Source: Phycisphaerae bacterium (GTDB taxonomy: Bacteria > Planctomycetota > Phycisphaerae > UBA1845). Taken from it: 64,000 nucleotides of DNA. The first letter of the stretch is position 1. The number at the start of each line of letters is the position of its first letter. Shown here one piece after another: positions 49,258 to 59,736 of this stretch. The position numbers were made by a program, and so were the translations under genes. Under the pieces are notes generated by a model that made no database searches, was not told the origin of the DNA, and worked only from the letters and a program-made list of their open reading frames with translations. The DNA lies in NCBI GenBank assembly GCA_963666835.2, contig CAXXGO010000001.1, positions 1,696,001-1,760,000 of the forward strand. The letters run 5' to 3'.

Positions 49258-49659
49258 TCAATCTTCGAATTCGACGTCGAGGGCCTCGTGCGGATTCGAC
49301 ACGCGGAAAACGGCAATCGTGTACTCGCTTTGTGGGGCGGCCGTGGCGTAGAAATACTCGACGTTAATGTGGGCGGCAGCCAGCGCGCGGGCCGCTCCGG
49401 CGAACGCCCCGAGCCGATTAGGAATGGGCACGGTGATGACCGGTATCTCGACGTAGGCGGCGCCCACATCGTTGAGGACCTCCTTGGCGAGATCCGCGTT
49501 GTCCACGACCATTCGCACTGTTCCGACGTCGGCCGTGTCGAGAACCATCACGGCCTCGATGCTTACGCCCCGCTCTGCCATGGTGTCACAAAGGTCGGCG
49601 ATCACGCCCGTCCGGTTGGCCAGGAATGCCGATAACTGATTCTCTAGGGTAGCGCGCAA
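49258..49659 (-). CDS. ACT-domain pair protein
   Basis: QLSAFLANRTG ... IPNRLGAFA ... INVEYFY; TTG start assumed. Confidence 0.8.
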   Translation of the reverse strand: MRATLENQLSAFLANRTGVIADLCDTMAERGVSIEAVMVLDTADVGTVRMVVDNADLAKEVLNDVGAAYVEIPVITVPIPNRLGAFAGAARALAAAHINVEYFYATAAPQSEYTIAVFRVSNPHEALDVEFED

Positions 49660-50017
49660 AACGGATAACCTGCTTTCGTTCGGGCCGTGCCGGGCACACG
49701 GCGTCCCAGAGCAACCCCGTCCTCTTTGAGGTCGTCGATTGACCGACGAGCCGCCCGAGGCAACCATCGGACGCATCCTATCGGTCGTCAATTGTCGTCG
49801 CAAGACACGGTCCGCAACGCAAACTTCCAGCCGACGCAGGCTTCCAGCCTGCCCGGCCGGTCGCCCGGCTCTGCCTGGAGGAGCGGGCCCCCTAATCAGG
49901 ACATCGTAGCGGTAAAGCAATAGGCAGTACGCGGCGGGTTTTTCTGAAATGGTCCGGCCGATTTATCCGTCATAAGATAGGAGGGACTACGTAAAGGACC
50001 CGTGGGAGGATCTGCAG

Positions 50018-50716
50018 ATGGGATTCGACGCGAAGCGGCGGTTGGGTGTGTTTTGGCGCGAGTGGGTGAAGCCAATCGGTGTCGTCTTGATAATCTGCTG
50101 TTCTTTTCGTTCAGCGGTAGCGGACTGGAACGACGTGCCTACCGGCTCTATGAAGCCGACGATCCTCGAGGGGGATCGCATCTTCGTTAATCGTATGGCT
50201 TATGGCCTGCGAGTCCCGTTCACTTCGTGGGAGTTCGCCCAGTTCGACGGGCCTCAGCGGGGCGACATCGCCGTGTTCTTCTGCCCGGAGGACGGCGTAC
50301 ATATGGTCAAGCGGGTCGTCGGCGTCCCTGGTGACCGTATCGAGATGCGGCGGAACCGGTTGCTGGTCAACGGAGAGGTTGCGGCGTACGACGAGCTTGA
50401 TCCCGACTTGTTCGCGGCTCTGGCCGACCAGGAGCGCGCCCAGTACCGATTCGCGACCGAGACTGTCGATGGAATGGACCATTCGATGATGGTCCGACCA
50501 GCGGGATCCGCCCGATGCAGTTTCAAGCCGCTCGTCGTGCCTGATGGCGAGTATTTCATGATGGGAGACAATCGCGACAACAGCCGCGATTCGCGGTGGT
50601 TCGGCTGTGTGAAACGCGAGTTGATTACCGGACAGGCAACGAGCGTTATCCTGTCCGTGGATTCCGACAACTACTATTGGCCACGCGGCGACCGGTTCTT
50701 CCGGGCTCTCGACTGA
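50018..50716 (+). CDS. lepB: signal peptidase I
   Basis: VPTGSMKPTILEGD, MVKRVVGVPGD, MGDNRDNSRDSR. Confidence 0.95.
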   Translation: MGFDAKRRLGVFWREWVKPIGVVLIICCSFRSAVADWNDVPTGSMKPTILEGDRIFVNRMAYGLRVPFTSWEFAQFDGPQRGDIAVFFCPEDGVHMVKRVVGVPGDRIEMRRNRLLVNGEVAAYDELDPDLFAALADQERAQYRFATETVDGMDHSMMVRPAGSARCSFKPLVVPDGEYFMMGDNRDNSRDSRWFGCVKRELITGQATSVILSVDSDNYYWPRGDRFFRALD

Positions 50717-50776
50717 TCGATCGAATCCGGCTCGGTGGCTGGTTATGTGAGGTAAACCGGAACGTGGCCGGGGGTG

Positions 50777-52369
50777 CTATGCCAGGGCCGGCTCGGCGTT
50801 GATGTCGGTTTCCTCGTATTGCCCACGGATCTCATCGAATTGAGCCTGGCAGCGCAGGAAAGCCTCGACCAACGCGGGGTCAAAGTGCTTGCCGGAGTCG
50901 CCGGTGATGATCTCCATTGCCCGCTCATGGGTTAAGGCCGGTTTGTAGCGGCGCTGGCTGGTGATAGCGTCATACGCGTCGACCAGGGCGATTATCCGAG
51001 CGGCGAGAGGGATGTCGTGCCCGGCGATTTGCCGGGGATAGCCCGACCCATTGAACTTCTCGTGATGGCAATGGGCGATCTCGATGCACATCTGCAAGAG
51101 CGGGACAGGCCGTGCCGGGTCGAGCGCTTGCGAGAGCACCCGTTTGCCGATCTCCGTGTGGGTCTTCATGATGTTGAACTCCTCGTCCGTCAAGGCCCCG
51201 GGCTTGGTCAGGATTTCGTCGGGAATCCCGACTTTTCCGATGTCGTGCATCGGGGCGGCTTGGACGAGCAGGTCTACGTATTCGTCGGTGATGATCTCCG
51301 TATAGGGGCCGGCTTGGCGGAGGGCGTCAGCCAGGACGCGGGACATCCGTGTGACACGTTCGAGGTGTCTGGTGGTTTCTTCGTCACGGTATTCCGCCAA
51401 GTGGCCGACAGTCTTGAGCAGGACCTTAACGGACTGTTGGAGACGCTCGCGGTGCTCAATGCTGGCCAGCGCAATCGCACCGGCGTCGGCCACGGATCGA
51501 ATGCACTCGATCTCCTCATCGTTGAACGCCCCGTTATCCGTCTTGTTGGTGAGGTTAAGGACGCCGATGATTCCGTCGCGGGTTTCCAGGGCGGTGACCA
51601 ATGGAGTGCTGAGGAATGCTTCGCTGCTGTAGGTCGTGCTCTCGTCGGGGCCGTACGCGCGGGCTGACAGAGTCTTGCCGCTGCGGAATACCTGCCCGGC
51701 GATTCCCTCGACGGTTCTGACCCTGATCTGATCGACGACGGCCGGGTCGATACCTACGGCTCTCTCGCATACCAGGGTGTCACCGGTTACGTCGCGCAGG
51801 AGCAGCGAGATCCTCTGAGCGGCGGTCATTTCCTCAACGCAACGGACGATCAAGTCGAGGATGCGGTCTCGCGAGGTGGCGAGGTTGATCTCACGCATGA
51901 ACTCGTACAGCAGTTGGAGGCGTCGGGTCTTGGCATCGACTTCGGCCTCCAGTTGGGTATTGAGCTGGTCCAGGTTCTTTTGAGAGCGGGCCGTTCTGTG
52001 TACGGACTGAACGCGGGCCATCAGCTCGGCGATGTCGAAGGGCTTGGCGAGGTATTCTTGCGCGCCGGCCTCCAGCCCCAGCACCACATCCTGCGGCTTG
52101 GAACGGGCGGTCAGGATGATAATTGGAATCGCAGAGGTTCGGGGGTCGGCCTTCAATGTCCGTGTGGTGGCGATTCCGTCAATTCCGGGGAGCCCCAGGT
52201 CCATGATGATCAAATCAGGCGTGCGCTCGGTGGCGATGTCGATTGCCTCATAGCCGTCGGAGGCTTCGCTGGCGTCGTACCCGGCCGCCTTCAGATTGGC
52301 AACCAAGATAAGTCGTAGCTTGGCGTCGTCTTCGACCACCAGAACGCTATCGTGGCGTTCGTCGGCCAT
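50777..52369 (-). CDS. REC-GAF-HD-GYP phosphodiesterase
   Basis: VEDD/IIMD/AKPF receiver, GAF (GIAGQVF, IIGVLNL), MHDIGK, HHEKFNGSGYP, DAYDA. Confidence 0.92.
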   Translation of the reverse strand: MADERHDSVLVVEDDAKLRLILVANLKAAGYDASEASDGYEAIDIATERTPDLIIMDLGLPGIDGIATTRTLKADPRTSAIPIIILTARSKPQDVVLGLEAGAQEYLAKPFDIAELMARVQSVHRTARSQKNLDQLNTQLEAEVDAKTRRLQLLYEFMREINLATSRDRILDLIVRCVEEMTAAQRISLLLRDVTGDTLVCERAVGIDPAVVDQIRVRTVEGIAGQVFRSGKTLSARAYGPDESTTYSSEAFLSTPLVTALETRDGIIGVLNLTNKTDNGAFNDEEIECIRSVADAGAIALASIEHRERLQQSVKVLLKTVGHLAEYRDEETTRHLERVTRMSRVLADALRQAGPYTEIITDEYVDLLVQAAPMHDIGKVGIPDEILTKPGALTDEEFNIMKTHTEIGKRVLSQALDPARPVPLLQMCIEIAHCHHEKFNGSGYPRQIAGHDIPLAARIIALVDAYDAITSQRRYKPALTHERAMEIITGDSGKHFDPALVEAFLRCQAQFDEIRGQYEETDINAEPALA

Positions 52370-52783
52370 GTATCCGTTCTCCGTGTGCGGGCCCGGCGAC
52401 ATCGCCGTGCGAGTTATCGCAACCAGCTTTCCATCGGCAAGTTCCGGTTGAGACCGCATTTACAGACTGATGTGCGCTTGGGTGATGAAAACGTCCGAGA
52501 ATCGCCCCTTTCGCACTCGCGTAAGCGGCGGTGCGGCGGCCGATAGTACCCAAAGAACGCCGTGGGCACCCCGTCGAAGGCGTCTCTTGGTACTACTGGG
52601 GTGAAGCGGCGCGGTGCCGGTCGCCTTCTGCCGCTTCTGCTCGGCTTGGCGGCTACGAGGTGCGTCAGCGGGGATTCACGGTATACTCGGCGACTGCCGG
52701 AGGGAGCCCGGTGGTCGTCTCGACGGTCCGGGCGGGCTCGCATTCGGCCGGTTCCATTGGACATTGAGCAGAGGAGTCCGAGA

Positions 52784-52984
52784 ATGCCGATTAAGATCTT
52801 TGCCGCTCCGGGCGACCATCGCAACGATTTCGAAGCCGTTGAGACGCAGACCAATACGTGGCTTGCTGAGACCAACCCGCGGGTCCTGAGTATTCACCCG
52901 TTGGTCAACCAGATGCCCAGCTCGCGTGATTCCAACCAGTTCATGATGACCATGGTTGTCCACTATGACAAGACTGACGCGTAG
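52784..52984 (+). CDS. small hypothetical protein (66 aa)
   Basis: GAGGAG RBS, MPIKIFAAPG...MTMVVHYD; overlaps the start of the next gene. Confidence 0.6.
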   Translation: MPIKIFAAPGDHRNDFEAVETQTNTWLAETNPRVLSIHPLVNQMPSSRDSNQFMMTMVVHYDKTDA

Positions 52985-54458
52985 TTGCCCGTGGGCCTGC
53001 GGTGTCGGCGCTATACTCCTGGGTTTGGGCTTTCTAACGCCGCGGACGATGGCCGGCGAAGGAGATCCGAGCGCGCCGGAGCCTATCCCGGCGGCCCTTC
53101 TCAGGGCGATGCCGTCGGCGGCTCTTTTTGCTGCGGTGTTTGCCGGGCCGGCGGAGCAGGGGGCCGATGGGCGGACTTCGGCGGATCTTCGGATTGTCGC
53201 TCTCCTGGCCGCACAGGTTCAAGAACTCGGGCTCCTTTCGGGGACGGATTCGACCACGCGAATCTGGGTCGATGTTCTTGCAGCTTACGCTACCGTGGCG
53301 GAGTCTCCCTTCGGAATTACGCTCCTTGATGTTCAGGCGCAACCGCGAATGGACGGCGGCCATCAACTGGCCGGTTTGCGAGCTGCGCTCATTGTCCACT
53401 GTCGGCGCGAAGGCACCGAGCTTGAACGCCGGATCCAACGAGCCCTGAGCACTTACACCAACGACGAGACCGGCGTACTAACGACGCGTCGAGAAGGCAC
53501 GGACACTGTCTACGAACTCAGAGACCGACGTCTGCCGGATTGGGCGCTTCTGTCTTGGGGCTGGGTTGGCGATTCGTACGTGCTGGCTATCGGCGAAGAC
53601 GTGGTTCCGAGGGTCGCTTCTGCGGATCGCGAGCCCTCCTCCGGCCTGGCTGACGATACGTGGTTTCGGCGGGCCTTTGAGGTCGCGGACGGGCCGGGCG
53701 CATCCGTGCTGTGTTTTGCGCGTTTAGACGCTTTGCGAAACGGCGTTGCTCCGTCGTTGGCTCAGAAGATCGGCCGCGTTGGGGCCGCCCTTCGTCTTGG
53801 CGACGTGGATCGTGGCCTGTGGGCTTTTCGGTATGAGGATCGTGCTCTGGAGGCCGTCGGGTTTCTGCGCCGTAGCGGTGTCGAAGAGCGGGTGATCCTG
53901 GCGGGGCGCGAGCTTCTTGCTGATGACAGAGAACGGGTCGTTCCGGACGAAGCCAAGTCGTTCGCGGTGTTCGACGGCAGTGTGCGGCTCTTGTATTACG
54001 GTCTTAGAGACGCCTATCTGGCATCGTGCAGCCCCGGGTGGGCGGAGCGGTGTCGGCAGTTTTGGCGGGGGATCGAGCAGCGGACGGGGGTTTCGGTCGA
54101 TCGCGATGTTTTGCGGCGCTTGGGCCATACGTTGGTGATCCATGACTACCCCGCGCACCCCCTCCGCGTTCCGGCGATGTGGACTTACATGGTCCACCTC
54201 GACGGAAGAGGCGGCGCCCTTCGCGAGAGTATCACTCGGGTGCTGGAAGGACTTCAGCCGGAGTGCGTGAAGGAGACCGGATTCCGGTTGATGCAGGCTC
54301 CGGATGGAATCTGGCATTTGCAGTTGGGGCTGCTCGGTCCGGCGGTGGGTCTGACGGATGACTGGCTCATCGTGAGCTTCTCGCCGGAGGCGGTTCGGCG
54401 AAACATGGCTCGGTTGATGCCGGTTTCGGGGCGCGAGAAGGCTTCGATGAGGCAGTGA
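52965..54458 (+). CDS. exported hypothetical protein
   Basis: Long ORF with an N-terminal hydrophobic segment; no recognised motif. Confidence 0.7.
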   Translation: MTRLTRSCPWACGVGAILLGLGFLTPRTMAGEGDPSAPEPIPAALLRAMPSAALFAAVFAGPAEQGADGRTSADLRIVALLAAQVQELGLLSGTDSTTRIWVDVLAAYATVAESPFGITLLDVQAQPRMDGGHQLAGLRAALIVHCRREGTELERRIQRALSTYTNDETGVLTTRREGTDTVYELRDRRLPDWALLSWGWVGDSYVLAIGEDVVPRVASADREPSSGLADDTWFRRAFEVADGPGASVLCFARLDALRNGVAPSLAQKIGRVGAALRLGDVDRGLWAFRYEDRALEAVGFLRRSGVEERVILAGRELLADDRERVVPDEAKSFAVFDGSVRLLYYGLRDAYLASCSPGWAERCRQFWRGIEQRTGVSVDRDVLRRLGHTLVIHDYPAHPLRVPAMWTYMVHLDGRGGALRESITRVLEGLQPECVKETGFRLMQAPDGIWHLQLGLLGPAVGLTDDWLIVSFSPEAVRRNMARLMPVSGREKASMRQ

Positions 54459-54541
54459 GTCTCAACTGACATCTGAGAGGCACTCGAAGCGGCAGACCAT
54501 CTGGGGAGCGCATCGGGGCCGGCGACGATTCCGACGGACTG

Positions 54542-55774
54542 TTACGGATACCAGGCCTCGGCCATCGTACGGAACTTCAGGGAAGGTGGGGCGGGATCGA
54601 AGGACGTCCAATACAGAAACGACAGGTCCTCGTTGCGGAACGACTTGGCCAGGAGCCCGGATTCGTGCAATTGAGCGGGTCCCTCTATTCGGGGCAGACG
54701 TTGGTTTTTGGAGTCGAAGGCGACGACGACAATGGGGGCGAAGGGGAACTCGTGAACGTGCCGCACGACGACGGCGAAGCGTCCGTCCACCAGCCGGATT
54801 TTGGCGCCGATGGGAAACGGTTGGATGACCTTCGGGAAGACCTCCATCATAACCGGATCGTAGAATCGGCGGTGAGTGCCGATGGACATCTCCCACAGAG
54901 CCCGGACCGGTGACTTGCCCTCGCCCAGAACGCTGTCCCCCGTTGTGGCGTCGAAGGCGTCGGCGATTCGCACGATGCGCGGGAATACGTGCAGAGAAGC
55001 GCCGTCCAGGTGGTTGGGATAGCCGGTGCCGTCGTAGTTCTCATGGTGGTTCTTGATTACGATTCGTGCCAGTATCGGAAACTGCTCCGGAAGAGCTGCG
55101 GCACCCGTCGCGGGGTGCTCTCGGATCATCTCCTGTTCGGCACCGCTGAGCGATCGATCCAACCGAAGCAACGGCACCAGGGGTACCATGCCGACGTCGG
55201 CGAACATGGCTCCCAGACCCAGGGGCGTAAGGTCTTCGAGCTGCTTGGCATTAAGCCGGGCGACAGTTTGGCGCTTGCGTTCCTCAGCTACGTAGTCACG
55301 CAGAGCCGATCCCAGAAGCATACTGAGGTAGAAGACGTTCCCGGTCCGAACAGCCAGGAGATTGTCACTGTCAACGCAACGGGTCAGAAGCGCCGACGAT
55401 ACCGAGTTGTTCTTCAGAAAGCCGATTACCTCATCCACGGCGGCTCGGGCTTTGTGGAAATCAATCTCCCCTCCGCCCACCGCGGCCCGCCCTCCGTAGC
55501 GGTTCTGAACATCAGCCATGCACTTGGCTATCTTCGTCTGGACCCGGGTTCCGACTCTGCGATCCTGGGCGTCGTCCTGAAACTCGATGGCTTCGTCCAG
55601 GAACGGGTCGATTACGCGAACGGTGATGTTAGGGAACCTACGCCGTAGCGTCCGGATCTCGGGAGCGCGGAGGGGGATCCTGGCCGGGAGCTGTACGACC
55701 CCCTTTGAGATGATGGACTCCGCAAGCTGCATGCCGGGTTCCAGCTCGTCACAGGGAATCGCCAGCGGCATCAT
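54542..55774 (-). CDS. HD-GYP domain protein with a degenerate HD motif
   Basis: LEPGMQLA N-terminus, FADVGM in place of LHDIGK, HHENYDGTGYP, IADAFDA, FPIGAKIRL. Confidence 0.85.
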   Translation of the reverse strand: MMPLAIPCDELEPGMQLAESIISKGVVQLPARIPLRAPEIRTLRRRFPNITVRVIDPFLDEAIEFQDDAQDRRVGTRVQTKIAKCMADVQNRYGGRAAVGGGEIDFHKARAAVDEVIGFLKNNSVSSALLTRCVDSDNLLAVRTGNVFYLSMLLGSALRDYVAEERKRQTVARLNAKQLEDLTPLGLGAMFADVGMVPLVPLLRLDRSLSGAEQEMIREHPATGAAALPEQFPILARIVIKNHHENYDGTGYPNHLDGASLHVFPRIVRIADAFDATTGDSVLGEGKSPVRALWEMSIGTHRRFYDPVMMEVFPKVIQPFPIGAKIRLVDGRFAVVVRHVHEFPFAPIVVVAFDSKNQRLPRIEGPAQLHESGLLAKSFRNEDLSFLYWTSFDPAPPSLKFRTMAEAWYP

Positions 55775-56051
55775 TCATCCTCTTCGGATCAATAGGTTCC
55801 TTGGGCATCCGGCGACCGAACGCGACGAAGCACGCGGCAAGCGGCCGAGGTTCGGCGATCTAGACCGGTTCCGCCATCGGCCCGGCTCGGGATTCACCCC
55901 AAGCCGGAAACACCGTGTAGTGCTCTCAGATGCGCTGATCGCGCTTTCCTTCTGATCGGTCAGTCCTGATGGGCATCGTAGCCGGGTTGGGATGGTGCTC
56001 CCGCCCGGGCGACAGGGCCTCTTGTTGGCCGGGATTACCGGACTCGGGTGG

Positions 56052-57086
56052 TCAGCAGATTCGGGGTAGTTCCTCGCCGTAGGGACGCTGGATAACCCGC
56101 CGGCCGCCGGTGTGCGTGACCAATTCGGCAAGCGGCGGGGCGGCGTCGGTGATGCGGCCGACTATCGCAGCGTCTCGGCCTAGGGGGTGGCTTTGCCAGC
56201 AGCTCAGGGCTTGCTTCGCATCGCCGGCCGCGACAATAGCGAGGCACTTGCCCTCGTTCGCCACGGTCATCGGGTCAAGCCCGAAGACCTCCGCGGTGTG
56301 CCGGGCCGTTGGGGAGATGGGCAGCGCCGCCTCATCGAGCTCAACGGTCAAACCAGTGTCTTCGGCAATGTCGGCGACAACGCCGGCCAATCCGCCACGG
56401 GTAGGATCCCGCAGGAATTTGACGTCGGATCCGGTGTCGAGCAGGGTGCCGATCAGGTGGTTCAGGGGGGCGGCGTCGCTTTCGAGGCTGGTATCGAACG
56501 CGAGTCCCTCGCGGACCGACATGATCGCCAGGCCGTGGTCGGCGATCCGGCCGCTGATCATCACAACGTCTCCGGGAACCACCCGCCCGAGATCCAACCG
56601 TGCGTCTCTCCGAATCCGCCCGATCCCGGCTGTGGTGATAGTGAGCCCGTCGCCGCTACGCCGTTCGATGACCTTCGTATCGCCCGTTGCGATAACGACG
56701 TCGGCTTCCCGGGCGGCCTGCGCGACGGAGTCGATAATCCGATCGAGAGTGCTCAGGGGCAGTCCTTCCTCGATAGTCAAAGCCAGGCTCAGAGCGGTGG
56801 GGACCGCGCCCATTACGGCCAGGTCGTTCACCGTTCCGCATACCGCCAGCCGCCCGATGTCCCCGCCGGGGAACTCCAGGGGGAGGACGACAAAGGAATC
56901 CGTTGTAAACGCGAGGGGCAACTCTGATGCCGGAATAGTGGCACTATCGGCCAGGGGGTTCAGCAGCTTGTTGCCCAGACGCGGCAAGAAATGCTGTTGG
57001 ATGAGTTGCTTAGTCATCTCGCCCCCGCCCCCGTGCGCCATAGTCACCCGCGGAGCGTCGCTTTGTGTTGTGGAAGGTCCCGTCAT
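56052..57086 (-). CDS. hypE: hydrogenase maturation protein HypE
   Basis: MAHGGGG, FTTDSFVV, GTVNDLAVMGA, GDTKV, RDPTRGG, ANEGK, C-terminal LPRIC. Confidence 0.96.
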   Translation of the reverse strand: MTGPSTTQSDAPRVTMAHGGGGEMTKQLIQQHFLPRLGNKLLNPLADSATIPASELPLAFTTDSFVVLPLEFPGGDIGRLAVCGTVNDLAVMGAVPTALSLALTIEEGLPLSTLDRIIDSVAQAAREADVVIATGDTKVIERRSGDGLTITTAGIGRIRRDARLDLGRVVPGDVVMISGRIADHGLAIMSVREGLAFDTSLESDAAPLNHLIGTLLDTGSDVKFLRDPTRGGLAGVVADIAEDTGLTVELDEAALPISPTARHTAEVFGLDPMTVANEGKCLAIVAAGDAKQALSCWQSHPLGRDAAIVGRITDAAPPLAELVTHTGGRRVIQRPYGEELPRIC

Positions 57087-57141
57087 CTGATCGCTCCTGC
57101 TCCGGTCACCCCAAGGACCGAGAACGAAGGGCTGCGCACCG

Positions 57142-58239
57142 TCATCCCGACTCTTTTTTCCGAGATACCGGTTCACGATCATACCTGAAGGCCGCCGCGC
57201 AGCTTCCCTCACTGCTTACCATGCACGGTCCGACCGGTTGGGTCGGGGTGCAGGCCGTTGCGAACAACCCGCACTGCTTCGGGGCCAGTTTTCCCTGAAT
57301 GACCTCTCCGCAGCGGCAACCTGGCGTCGGGTCGTCCGCGTCAAGGTCTACGTCGAACTGAACGCCGGCGTCGAGACCCCGGTATCGTTCCCGCAGGATC
57401 AGGCCACTGTCCGCTATTACTCCCATCGCCCGCCAGGCAACGGAGGCGGATTCGAACACTTCGTCAATTGTCCGGCGGGCCGCTTGGTTGCCGTTGTCGT
57501 TTACGACTTGCCCGTAGGTGTTCTCAATCCGGGCTTGGCCCGCGACTACCTGCTCGACAATAAGAAGAAGCGCGCCGAGCATCGACTGCGGCTCGAACCC
57601 CGCCACCACGCATGGTTTGGAGAAACGCTCAACGATGTCGCCGTAGGCTTGGGCTCCGATGATCGCGCTTACATGTCCGGGGCAAAGGAACCCGTCTATG
57701 GCGACGTCGTCTGCGGACAACAGAGCGGCCATTGCGGGGACCACCTGCTTGTGGGCGCACAGCATCAGGAAGTTCGACAGGTTCCGCCGCCGAGCCTCCA
57801 GGATTGCGGCGGCATGTCCGGCGGCTGTGGTTTCGAATCCGATTGCCAGGAACACGATCTTATGCTCGGGATTCGCAGCCGCGATCTCCAAGGCGTCGAG
57901 CGCGGAATACACAATCCGCACGTCGGCGCCGGCGGCCCGCTGTTGTTGCAGGCTGCCGTGCTTCCCCGGAACGCGGAGCATGTCACCATAGGTGCAGATG
58001 ATCGTGTTCTCGCGGAGTGCGATTTCGCATGCCGAATCGATGTAGCCTTGGGTGGATACGCACACCGGGCAGCCGGGGCCGCTGATAAGATGCACCAACT
58101 CCGGCAACATCGACTTGACGCCGCTTCGGTAGAGCGACACCGTGTGAGTCCCGCATACTTCCATTATGCGTATCGGGGCACGACCAGCGCACGCGGAGGC
58201 TATGCGTTGCGCGAGCATTCGGGGGGAGACCTCGTTCAT
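57142..58239 (-). CDS. hypD: hydrogenase maturation protein HypD
   Basis: MEVCGTHT, SGPGCPVC, GFETT, PGHVS, GPCMVSSEGSCAA. Confidence 0.96.
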   Translation of the reverse strand: MNEVSPRMLAQRIASACAGRAPIRIMEVCGTHTVSLYRSGVKSMLPELVHLISGPGCPVCVSTQGYIDSACEIALRENTIICTYGDMLRVPGKHGSLQQQRAAGADVRIVYSALDALEIAAANPEHKIVFLAIGFETTAAGHAAAILEARRRNLSNFLMLCAHKQVVPAMAALLSADDVAIDGFLCPGHVSAIIGAQAYGDIVERFSKPCVVAGFEPQSMLGALLLIVEQVVAGQARIENTYGQVVNDNGNQAARRTIDEVFESASVAWRAMGVIADSGLILRERYRGLDAGVQFDVDLDADDPTPGCRCGEVIQGKLAPKQCGLFATACTPTQPVGPCMVSSEGSCAAAFRYDREPVSRKKESG

Positions 58240-58244
58240 ACTGT

Positions 58245-58559
58245 TCAACCCTCCGATTGGTCCTGGGATTGGCCGTCCTTGCCGCCCGAGCGCTGGGGCT
58301 GCTGTTCCAGATCCTCGTCCGTGGCGGTGTTGCACATAGACAGGTACTCCCAGGTCTCCAAGGCGTCCTTTTCATCGATGAGCTGGATGGCGAAGCCGGC
58401 GTGGACCAGCACCCAGTCACCCGGACGTGCTTCCGGAGTGAGGACCAGACTGGCGTTGACCCGGCTGCCCTGGAAATCAATGGTGCCAATGCGCGAGATA
58501 CCATCCGCGGCCGTCGGCGGTGAGGCCGAGATGATCTTGCCGGGTACCGCTATGCACAT
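58245..58559 (-). CDS. hypC: hydrogenase assembly chaperone HypC
   Basis: MCIAVPGKI, GDWVLVHAGFAI. Confidence 0.95.
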   Translation of the reverse strand: MCIAVPGKIISASPPTAADGISRIGTIDFQGSRVNASLVLTPEARPGDWVLVHAGFAIQLIDEKDALETWEYLSMCNTATDEDLEQQPQRSGGKDGQSQDQSEG

Positions 58560-59695
58560 GATGTTGGGCTCCCCACTCGAGCTGCAGCTACCGCAGCCTG
58601 ACCAAGCGACAGGCCGTCGTCGCCGGGCGACAACTTGTTGTGGACCAGTATTCGACGCATACCCTGTTTTAGCAGAAGTTCGCTGACGCGTCGCTTCAGG
58701 ATCTGATTGAAGAAACAGCCGCCGCTAAGGGCGATCGTGTCCAACGATTCTCGTTCTGCGGCCTGAGTCGCTGCTTCGCAGAACATCCGGGCTACCGTTT
58801 CGTGAAATCGGCCGGCGATCATCTCGCGGGGCACCAAGCGGCAGACGTCCTCGCTGATAGCCGCGATCAGGGCGTCCAAGATGATCTCGCCGTCCGATCC
58901 CTCGCCGGCGATCCGGAAGGGATACGGCTCCATTTCCGTCGTTGTGGCGGTTCGTTCCAATTGGATCGCGGCCTGGCCTTCGGTTTCGTTGCGGTCGCAG
59001 CAGCCGATCAAGAATGCGACGGCGTCGAACAAACGTCCGAGACTGGAAGATGTCGGGCAGTTGAAGCCGCTTCGCAACATCGCCTCGACGGTCGCCAACT
59101 GCCCGCGGTCAACGCGGTCGAAGAGCCCCGCGATACGTGGGGGTACGTCATTCCCGAAGCTCTGTTGAACCAGGCTCAGTGCCGGCCGCCACGTGTCCCG
59201 AGCGGCCGCATCACCTCCGGGGAGTCTGAAGTACTGCAGATGGGCGTGCCGGGTAAACGCCGTTGAGGTCGCGGCAAGCACCTCGCCGCCCCACACAGCG
59301 CCGTCCGTACCGTACCCGGTGCCGTCACAGCAGATGCCGATTACCGGATCGGCCACCCCGTTCTCCATCATGCACGCGACGGTGTGGGCGTGGTGGTGTT
59401 GTACTCCGATCCGCGACTTCCCGTACCGGTGTGCGGCTTGGGTGGCCAGACTCGCGGGGTGCAAGTCATGGGCGACAGTAAAGGTCTCGTCGGCGAGTCC
59501 TCTGCGGATTCGATCCAGCCGGTTCCGAAAGCTGCGGTAGGCGGCCGCGTCGGTTAATGGCCCCGTGCCCGGGCTGACCGTAGCGTTCCCACCCTGCAGC
59601 AGGCAGATTGAGCCCTTCAGTTCGGCGCCGACGGCCACGATCGGTACCGCGCTGCTGATCGGCAGCGGAAGCAGGATGTCAGGATTGTGTTCCAA
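58550..59695 (-). CDS. hypF: N-terminally truncated HypF (Kae1-like carbamoyltransferase part only)
   Basis: AVGAELK, AHDLHP, VQHHHAH, DGTGYGTDGAVWGGE, SSLGRLFDA, LSGG, DDGLSLGQA; 381 aa with its own GGAG RBS. Confidence 0.88.
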   Translation of the reverse strand: MEHNPDILLPLPISSAVPIVAVGAELKGSICLLQGGNATVSPGTGPLTDAAAYRSFRNRLDRIRRGLADETFTVAHDLHPASLATQAAHRYGKSRIGVQHHHAHTVACMMENGVADPVIGICCDGTGYGTDGAVWGGEVLAATSTAFTRHAHLQYFRLPGGDAAARDTWRPALSLVQQSFGNDVPPRIAGLFDRVDRGQLATVEAMLRSGFNCPTSSSLGRLFDAVAFLIGCCDRNETEGQAAIQLERTATTTEMEPYPFRIAGEGSDGEIILDALIAAISEDVCRLVPREMIAGRFHETVARMFCEAATQAAERESLDTIALSGGCFFNQILKRRVSELLLKQGMRRILVHNKLSPGDDGLSLGQAAVAAARVGSPTSCA

Positions 59696-59736
59696 CGGGA
59701 TCTCCGCAGGCGCTCTACCGCTGCTTAACTCGGCAC

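Noticed and set aside
49660..49920. N-terminal extension of the ACT protein
   Set aside because: Arg/Pro-rich sequence that spans the divergent promoter region; ACT similarity starts near 49659.
57238..58686. 482-aa plus-strand ORF
   Set aside because: Antisense to hypD and hypC.
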